The notes below the pieces were generated by a model that was given only the letters and a program-made list of their open reading frames with translations, had not been told where the DNA came from and ran no database searches. The position numbers and the translations under genes were made by a program. DNA of 64,000 nucleotides from Eledone cirrhosa (Eukaryota), in assembly GCA_964016885.1 (NCBI GenBank), contig OZ024745.1, positions 94,922,001 through 94,986,000 of the forward strand. Direction: 5' to 3'. Positions within the stretch are counted from its first letter, which is position 1; each line of letters opens with the position of its first letter. Below, piece by piece: positions 56,584 through 64,000 of the stretch.

Positions 56584-56590
<7 letters not shown>
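56113..56590. repeat. overlapping inverted repeats including a perfect 228-bp spacerless palindrome (56363-56590)
   Basis: Centre CGTACA|TGTACG at 56476/56477; a second inverted pair at about 56113-56220 / 56321-56428 surrounds a TA/GATA tract. Confidence 0.92.
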
Positions 56591-56669
<79 letters not shown>

Positions 56670-56881
56670 GTTAAAGTGTACATCTACATATGTATACGGA
56701 AGTATTAGTATGCGTATAAATACACACATGTATACATATGTACATGTACTCAGCTTTTCACTAGACACTTTACAGTGAGTGTCAGCTAGTCTGTATGTAA
56801 CCACACAGGCGGACCGGGTTTTAGAGTCATACGAGTTTTCAAGGAAACACATTTCCTCTATTCTCCAGAGGGCCAGACAGG

Positions 56882-56926
56882 AATATTGGACTAGTTTCGA
56901 TGTTATTACATCTCATCAGCAATATT
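56882..56926 (-). ncRNA. type I hammerhead ribozyme (469-bp unit)
   Basis: aatattg CTGATGA gatgt-aata-acatc GAAA ctag TC caatatt. Confidence 0.92.
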
Positions 56927-57350
56927 TACCCATCTTCCGGCTTCTCTGGAGAATTGTAAAAGCACATATCGTTATATGCTTTTTCTATGAAAATTAGTAG
57001 TGGGTAGACTAATTTGCATAGAACGTGAGTCATTGTACGCACCGGTTCAGCGGAAACGATAAAAACAAATAACGAAACGAAATTAAATTTCGTTTCGCTT
57101 CTAACTCACTTTTGTATGACTGACGCTTAAACAATTAAGTTAAAGTGTACATCTACATATGTATACGGAAGTATTAGTATGCGTATAAATACACACATGT
57201 ATACATATGTACATGTACTCAGCTTTTCACTAGACACTTTACAGTGAGTGTCAGCTAGTCTGTATGTAACCACACAGGCGGACCGGGTTTTAGAGTCATA
57301 CGAGTTTTCAAGGAAACACATTTCCTCTATTCTCCAGAGGGCCAGACAGG

Positions 57351-57395
57351 AATATTGGACTAGTTTCGATGTTATTACATCTCATCAGCAATATT
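57351..57395 (-). ncRNA. type I hammerhead ribozyme (469-bp unit)
   Basis: Identical motif 469 bp away. Confidence 0.92.
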
Positions 57396-57896
57396 TACCC
57401 ATCTTCCGGCTTCTCTGGAGAATTGTAAAAGCACATATCGTTATATGCTTTTTCTATGAAAATTAGTAGTGGGTAGACTAATTTGCATAGAACGTGAGTC
57501 ATTGTACGCACCGGTTCAGCGGAAAAGATAAAAACAAATAACGAAACGAAATTAAATTTCGTTTCGCTGTCTGGCCCTCTGGAGAATAGAGGAAATGTGT
57601 TTCCTTGAAAACTCGTATGACTCTAAAACCCGGTCCGCCTGTGTGGTTACATACAGACTAGCTGACACTCACTGTAAAGTGTCTAGTGAAAAGCTGAGTA
57701 CATGTACATATGTATACATGTGTGTATTTATATGCATACTAATACTTCCGTATACATATGTAGATGTACACTTTAACTTAATTGTTTAAGCGTCAGTCAT
57801 ACAAAAGTGAGTTAGAAGCGAAACGAAATTTAATTTCGTTTCGTTATTTGTTTTTATCGTTTCCGCTGAACCGGTGCGTACAATGACTCACGTTCT

Positions 57897-57904
57897 ATGC
57901 AAAT
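57897..57904 (+). promoter_or_regulatory. octamer motif ATGCAAAT, candidate snRNA-type distal element (one per unit)
   Basis: Exact octamer about 90 bp upstream of the HHR, retained in diverged relatives at 8098 and 47975; function is inferred only. Confidence 0.4.
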
Positions 57905-57989
57905 TAGTCTACCCACTACTAATTTTCATAGAAAAAGCATATAACGATATGTGCTTTTACAATTCTCCAGAGAAGCCGGAAGATGGGTA

Positions 57990-58034
57990 AATATTGCTGA
58001 TGAGATGTAATAACATCGAAACTAGTCCAATATT
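57990..58034 (+). ncRNA. type I hammerhead ribozyme (469-bp unit)
   Basis: Perfect stems I and II, palindromic stem III ACTAGT, predicted cleavage after GUC at 58027. Confidence 0.92.
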
Positions 58035-58458
58035 CCTGTCTGGCCCTCTGGAGAATAGAGGAAATGTGTTTCCTTGAAAACTCGTATGACTCTAAAACCC
58101 GGTCCGCCTGTGTGGTTACATACAGACTAGCTGACACTCACTGTAAAGTGTCTAGTGAAAAGCTGAGTACATGTACATATGTATACATGTGTGTATTTAT
58201 ACGCATACTAATACTTCCGTATACATATGTAGATGTACACTTTAACTTAATTGTTTAAGCGTCAGTCATACAAAAGTGAGTTAGAAGCGAAACGAAATTT
58301 AATTTCGTTTCGTTATTTGTTTTTATCGTTTCCGCTGAACCGGTGCGTACAATGACTCACGTTCTATGCAAATTAGTCTACCCACTACTAATTTTCATAG
58401 AAAAAGCATATAACGATATGTGCTTTTACAATTCTCCAGAGAAGCCGGAAGATGGGTA

Positions 58459-58503
58459 AATATTGCTGATGAGATGTAATAACATCGAAACTAGTCCAAT
58501 ATT
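58459..58503 (+). ncRNA. type I hammerhead ribozyme (469-bp unit)
   Basis: Identical motif 469 bp away. Confidence 0.92.
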
Positions 58504-58787
58504 CCTGTCTGGCCCTCTGGAGAATAGAGGAAATGTGTTTCCTTGAAAACTCGTATGACTCTAAAACCCGGTCCGCCTGTGTGGTTACATACAGACTAGC
58601 TGACACTCACTGTAAAGTGTCTAGTGAAAAGCTGAGTACATGTACATATGTATACATGTGTGTATTTATACGCATACTAATACTTCCGTATACATATGTA
58701 GATATACACTTTAACTTAATTGTTTAAGCGTCAGTCATACAAAAGTGAGTTAGAAGCGAAACGAAATTTAATTTCGTTTCGTTATTT

Positions 58788-58828
<41 letters not shown>

Positions 58829-59045
58829 GGAGGTGAGTTTTATTGTAGTACAATAAAGCAATCACCCATCTCTCCCTCACCACCTTCACTCTCATCTCCT
58901 CCCCTTTTTTTCATCCTTTCCACACTCCTCTCTAAATAAAATATTTTTTTCCCAATATCACACATCAATCTAAAACTACTTCTCATATGTTGATTTAAAA
59001 CTGCACTATCCACAAGTGTTTTTTAGCCTTCATATCATGTTCTCC

Positions 59046-59118
59046 TGTTTTATCTGATGAAAACACAAATATTATTGCATGATGATGTTTGTTCTTGAAA
59101 TGCGCATAATAAAATACA
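59046..59118 (+). ncRNA. type I hammerhead ribozyme in 5' pLTR
   Basis: tgttttat CTGATGA aaacacaaatatt...gatgtttgttctt GAAA tgcgca TA ataaaataca. Confidence 0.8.
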
Positions 59119-59322
59119 TGGAACTCCTTTAACCATCTTTTGATCTTATATATTATGTATACTCCAGTCCTACAAACTGTAGAGTGCTTCTTATCCGATA
59201 TCTGCAATGCTTTATTGTACTACAATAAAACTCACCTCCTACATTAACTTGCTCCTTAACGGTTGAGCGCTTACTCTCATATTGGATACCTTTTGATGGT
59301 CTTTTACTTCTTCTTCTACAAC

Positions 59323-61719
59323 ATGGATTATTACAACATAACCAATTCAACTAAAGACATTCCTATACCTGGTAAATCTGAATTCACCAAACTTCTAATT
59401 GAAAAAACTGACTCCTTCGTAAGAAGACTTAGATGGATAGCCTATTTCTATGACCAGCTCCTAAAAGGGAACTTCTATACCAAAGAACATAACTTCCTCG
59501 ATCATCTATTTAATTCTAGAAGAAATCCTCCTTCCAACAAAAATCTAGTGCAATTCGAGGAAGAGTTAACTAAAATAATAAAAAATCTTAAATTCAAGAG
59601 ATACCCTTACAAAGGACAAGAGCACCTTGTAAATCTCAAGAACACAATTTCTAACATAAATTCCTCAAAAAATGTTTTAGTCCACTCTGACAAAACCAAT
59701 AACTTATATGGTATTTCCAACGATAATTATAACAACCTTATCCTAAAGGAACTTAGGAAAAAATATCGTAAAACCAACCATGAAAATTTAGAATACATAA
59801 ACCTTGAAGCCTCTGAGATTATGTCAAAACTTGGCATTGAAAAAAAGACCGAACCATTCCTCCCAAGAACTCCGAGGATAAATCTCAAGGATCACAAAAA
59901 CAATTTTCGCACTGAACTACCTGTTAGATTAATCGCCCCCTCTAAATCTGATCTGGGGGTTGTTAGTAAAGCCATCTTGGATAGAATTATCCCACAGGTT
60001 CGTTCTAATTGCTCTTCTTTGAACCTAAATTTATGGTTTGGTACTTCTGAAGTGATTGGCTTGTTCAACAAATTGGATAATAAAAACAAACTAAAATTTA
60101 TTCAATTTGATATTGCCAGCTACTATTCCTCCATTTCGCCTTCACTTCTCAATAATGCTCTATCTTTCGCACTTAAATATTCTGACATCACCACAGATGA
60201 ACTTCACATCATCCTCACCGCACGTAAAACCATCCTAGAGTTCAACAACGAATATTGGACCAGAGCCGATACCTCTAACAACTTCGACATCACAATGGGA
60301 GCATCCGATTCATCCCAATTGACTGATTTAATTGGTATCTTTATTTTGAACTCTTTGAGTCGGAAAATTCCTCAACTTCGCGGTGGAATTTATCGTGACG
60401 ATGGACTCTTTACTATCTTAAATTGCAATATAGTTAACCTTAATATTATTAAGAACAATATACGTAATCTCTTTAACCAATATAACCTAAAAATTGAATT
60501 TGATAACAATATCAAACTAGCTAATTTCTTGGATGTATCTCTTAATCTTGACACTGGCCTATATTACCCTTACCATAAAAACAATGAGAACCTAAATTAT
60601 GTTAACTTTAAATCTAACCATCCTACTAATATCAAGAATGCTATAGTTAGTAATATTGGAAAAAGAATATTTAACATATCTTCTAATAAAAACATCTTTG
60701 ATGCTAACGCCAATTACTATAATAACGCACTTTCTAAAGCCGGCTATCCTGATAAAATCAAATATAGTAAAGAAACAAATTCTAAAAGAACTTACAGTAG
60801 AATAATTAATCATGATCATTCCAATAACTTTAATAAAAGACCTAGATACAAAAACATAATCTGGTATAATGCTCCTTTCTCCATCTCTATTAATAACAAT
60901 ATTCCTAAATTATTCTTTAGTGCCTTAAATAAATGCTTCCCTCCCTCACATATCTATAGTAAAATATTTAACAAACACACCATAAAATTTTCTTATTCTA
61001 CATCCTCCAATATTTCCAACATTATCTCTAAACACAACAATACTAAATACTAAATCTCTTCCTTCCAACACTGAATTTCATAATAACAGTAATAGTACTC
61101 CCGACGTCATTGTAAACCCTAGGCTAATTTCTGTAAACCCAAATACAACGTCAAACACAACTTCGCTAAATGTTCATAATCCAACTCTAAATCAAGAAAC
61201 TATTATTCCTATCGCAAACAACTTCTCCAATCCAATTCCTTCTATAGATAACACTAGGTCACTCATTAATAATCTCTCTAATTGCAATTGCAATTGCCCT
61301 ATAAAAAATAAATGTCCTCTCAACAACCATTGTCTTGATAAAAACTTAATTTATGAATGTAAAGTTATAACTAACACCAATTCCTTCACCTATTTTGGCT
61401 CCACTTCCACGTTTTTTAAAGCTCGTCTCTATAATAATCATTCATCTTTTAAATACAAACTTAAAAGAACCAACACGGCTCTCTCAGAACTCATATGGTC
61501 CTTGAAAGACAAAAACATTAAATATACCATCTTTTGGAAGAAAGTTTCTTCTGCGTCTCTATCTAAAATCTGCAATCTCTATCTAAAATCTGCAATCTCT
61601 GCCTAAATGAAAAAATTACCATTATCTCTAATCTAGATTCTATAATAAATAGACGAATAGATTTGTTTTCTATCTGCTTGCATAAATTCCATAAGACATT
61701 TCACAAAGTATACAACTAA
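59323..61719 (+). pseudogene. PLE RT plus GIY-YIG polyprotein (~789 aa if repaired), frame broken by 7-bp and 20-bp tandem duplications
   Basis: SDKT; LKDHK..F....PVRLI.PSKS; FDIASYYSSI; ITMG; GIYRDDGL; NFLDV; WYNAPFS; then CNCPIKNKCPL, LIY...YFG, CNLC..E, ICLH in shifted frames. Confidence 0.92.
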
Positions 61720-62532
61720 TATTCAATTCTTTATCAATTTAGAATCTTTTCTCAAAGGCACATATACATACACCTCTTTTAAAATATACCCACCTTCCTA
61801 CCTTATTTCAAAGTGTATTATACACTCTATAATACTTGTTTACTCATTACCCTTACTCTATTTTCACCTTGTAAAATCCTTCGTAACATATACATTTGTT
61901 TTGACGCCAGATTATTCATCCTTAATTCATTATTTTTTTCTCCCCATCATCTAACTCATTCTTAATACATATTAACTCTTTCTTCGCACATATTATCAAT
62001 TCCTTCAATATACAAACCTTAACTTCACATTATTTTTCTCAAATCCTTCAATAAACAAACCTTAATAATTTTTTTCTCTTCGTTAATTTTCAAATTTCCA
62101 TAATACTTGTAAACATACACACTTTTTTGACGTTAGAATATTCATCCGCCATTCATTATTCTATTCTCTCTATCATCAAACTTTTTAATCTCAATACATA
62201 TTAACTCCCTCTCCTTCTTCGTACATATTTTTCCCTTCGTTAATTTTCAAATTCTTTTAATTTATACATTATCTTCCAACGGTTTTCAACCGCTCTATGT
62301 AAAACAATATATCTTTCTCAGTTATAAAAACTATCTCTCTCTCTCTATCACCCAACTCTCCCTCTCCACCTTCACTCTCATCTCCTCCCCTTTTTTTCAT
62401 CCTTTCCACCCCCCCTCTCTAAATAAAATATTTTTTTCCCAATATCACACATCAATCTAAAACTACTTCTCATATGTTGATTTAAAACTGCACTATCCAC
62501 AAGTGTTTTTTAGCCTTCATATCATGTCCTCC

Positions 62533-62605
62533 TGTTTTATCTGATGAAAACACAAATATTATTGCATGATGATGTTTGTTTTTGAAATGCGCATAATAAA
62601 ATACA
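62533..62605 (+). ncRNA. type I hammerhead ribozyme in 3' pLTR
   Basis: Same motif as 59046-59118. Confidence 0.8.
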
Positions 62606-62683
62606 TGGAACTCCTTTAACCATCTTTTGATCTTATATATTATATATATATATATATGTTGAGGTTATATTTAATATTTAATT

Positions 62684-62718
<35 letters not shown>

Positions 62719-62788
62719 ATCATTATAACTATATATATATATATATTATTATTATTACTATATATACTATATATATATATATTATTAT

Positions 62789-63265
62789 TGGATTGACAGT
62801 ATCGGTAGAGGGTCGGACGCCATGCTTTCCAGCATAGTTACGTCCCTTTACGATCTGAGTTCAAATCCCGCCGAGGTTGACTTTGCCTTTCATCCTTACG
62901 GGGTCGATAAAATAAAGTACCAGTAATGCACTGGTAATTGCTGGCCTTGTGCCTAAAGTAGAAACAATTATTATTACTATATAACTATTATTATATAGGT
63001 GAAAAACAAATCCCGCCAAGGATTAACTTTGCCTTTCATCCTTACGGGGTCGATAAAAGAAAGTACCAGTAATGCACTGGGTAATTGTTGGCCTTGTGCC
63101 TAACGTAGAAACAATTATTATTACTATATATAGAAAGTTACGCCCCTTTACGATCTGAGTTCAAATCCGGCCGAGGTTAACTTTGCCTTTCATCCTTACG
63201 GGGTCGATAAAATAAAGTACCAGTAATGTACTGGTTAATTGGTGGCCTTGTGCCTAAAATAGAAA
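62789..63265 (+). mobile_element. cluster of three family A SINEs (one full, two 5'-truncated)
   Basis: Family A body at 62789, 63005 and 63136. Confidence 0.85.
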
Positions 63266-63305
63266 AAAAAAAAAATAAAAATAAATATTATTACTATATA
63301 TATAT

Positions 63306-63738
63306 ATATTAAAATAACAGATTAAAGTTTAAGCAAAGAATAGCTGCTTTCACCCTTAACGGGATCTTCTGAAACTAACAAAGTCAATATGTAAAGGCAG
63401 AAGTGGATATTTCAAAAAACTTTGCAGCCGGAGGAAGACAGGAAGACTATACTTTGGTTCGTGGAAACGTTCCCTGGCAAACAACGGGAAAAAACGAATA
63501 TAATACGTCATTAATAGGAGCGGTGAAAAACAATTACACGCAAAGACAGAACCACGTTCATGGTATAAAAGAAGTCGTAGACTAATGTTCTCTTAGGTGG
63601 TTCATAGAGACGTTCTCAGGCAAAGAACGGAAAAAAACGAAGATAATACGTCATATGTGGTGCGTGGAGAACAATTGTAGATCCCGTTAAGGGTGAAAGC
63701 AGCGATTCTTTGCTTAAACTTTAATCTGTTATTTTAAT
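63306..63738. mobile_element. inverted-repeat element of unknown family
   Basis: ~60-bp inverted ends 63306-63367 / 63679-63738; internal diverged direct repeat at about 63456-63535 / 63598-63676. Confidence 0.6.
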
Positions 63739-64000
63739 AAATATTTGCTCTACGGTTCTTATATATTTGATATATATTTATCCTTATCGAGCCCTCTTCA
63801 AATTTATTATTATTGCTATATATATAGGATAATTTAATAAAAAGAGGTAGAATAATGTGAGGAAATTTATTTTTAGATTAATTTTAATTTGTTTTCGGCT
63901 TGTAAGTGTATGCTAGCAATCAAATATAGGCACTGTGTGTTTTGATTTTCAGAATTAAATTTTAGTTTATGACGGAAGACAATAAATATTTGAAGCCGAT

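Larger units (their letters stand above)
56663..58791. mobile_element. retrozyme-like array with 469-bp unit: 1.9 copies (-) plus 2.6 copies (+), head-to-head
   Basis: Near-identical period-469 repeats, inversion junction at 57567-57568, one canonical HHR per unit, no meaningful ORF, (TA)n on both sides. Confidence 0.92.
58826..62643 (+). mobile_element. near full-length Hydra-like Penelope element with direct pseudo-LTRs
   Basis: pLTRs at 58861-59155 and 62347-62643, each with an HHR; 58826-58860 is an inverted copy of 59208-59242; flanked by (TA)n. Confidence 0.92.

Noticed and set aside
56779-58727. Repeated 64-aa and 72-aa ORFs in the 469-bp unit, and 64/104-aa ORFs in the 593-bp unit
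   Set aside because: They recur only because the unit is repeated, show no recognisable domains and are not evidently preserved in diverged relatives; a micropeptide cannot be strictly excluded
58861-62643. LTR retrotransposon interpretation of the direct repeats
   Set aside because: No TG...CA ends, primer-binding site, gag or integrase; RT plus GIY-YIG and an HHR identify PLE pseudo-LTRs
63325-63378. CAGAAGA tccc-gttaa-gggt GAAA gcagc TA on the minus strand
   Set aside because: Mutated core and no stem I pairing; at most a relic

Overview
AT-rich, microsatellite-saturated animal DNA with no confidently identifiable host gene. The tRNA-derived SINE families resemble those of octopod cephalopods (inference, species not determined). 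Most ORF-track entries are (TA)/(CA)/(GA) microsatellite artefacts. The window is dominated by Penelope-like retroelements (PLEs; RT plus GIY-YIG) inserted in (TA)n tracts: a nearly intact Hydra-clade-like element (58826-62643), a frameshifted Neptune-like element (41065-46529) and several 5'-truncated copies with inverted pseudo-LTRs. Reading both strands by eye gives about 30 type I hammerhead ribozyme (HHR) motifs from roughly 17 sequence families, many with palindromic stem III, some with U3:A8 or C4 variant cores and some with very long stem II. The main finding is three families of ORF-less, HHR-carrying, retrozyme-like repeat units with monomers of 469, 593 and about 613 bp. Two occur as head-to-head inverted tandem arrays whose junction geometry fits twin priming on a multimeric RNA, and in the 469-bp array one arm starts 8 nt from the ribozyme cleavage site. 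The 469-bp family also conserves an octamer (ATGCAAAT) upstream of the ribozyme. RTE-type LINE relics, two SINE families, small MITEs and a perfect 228-bp palindrome are also present. All structures were folded and aligned by eye; no searches or folding programs were run.
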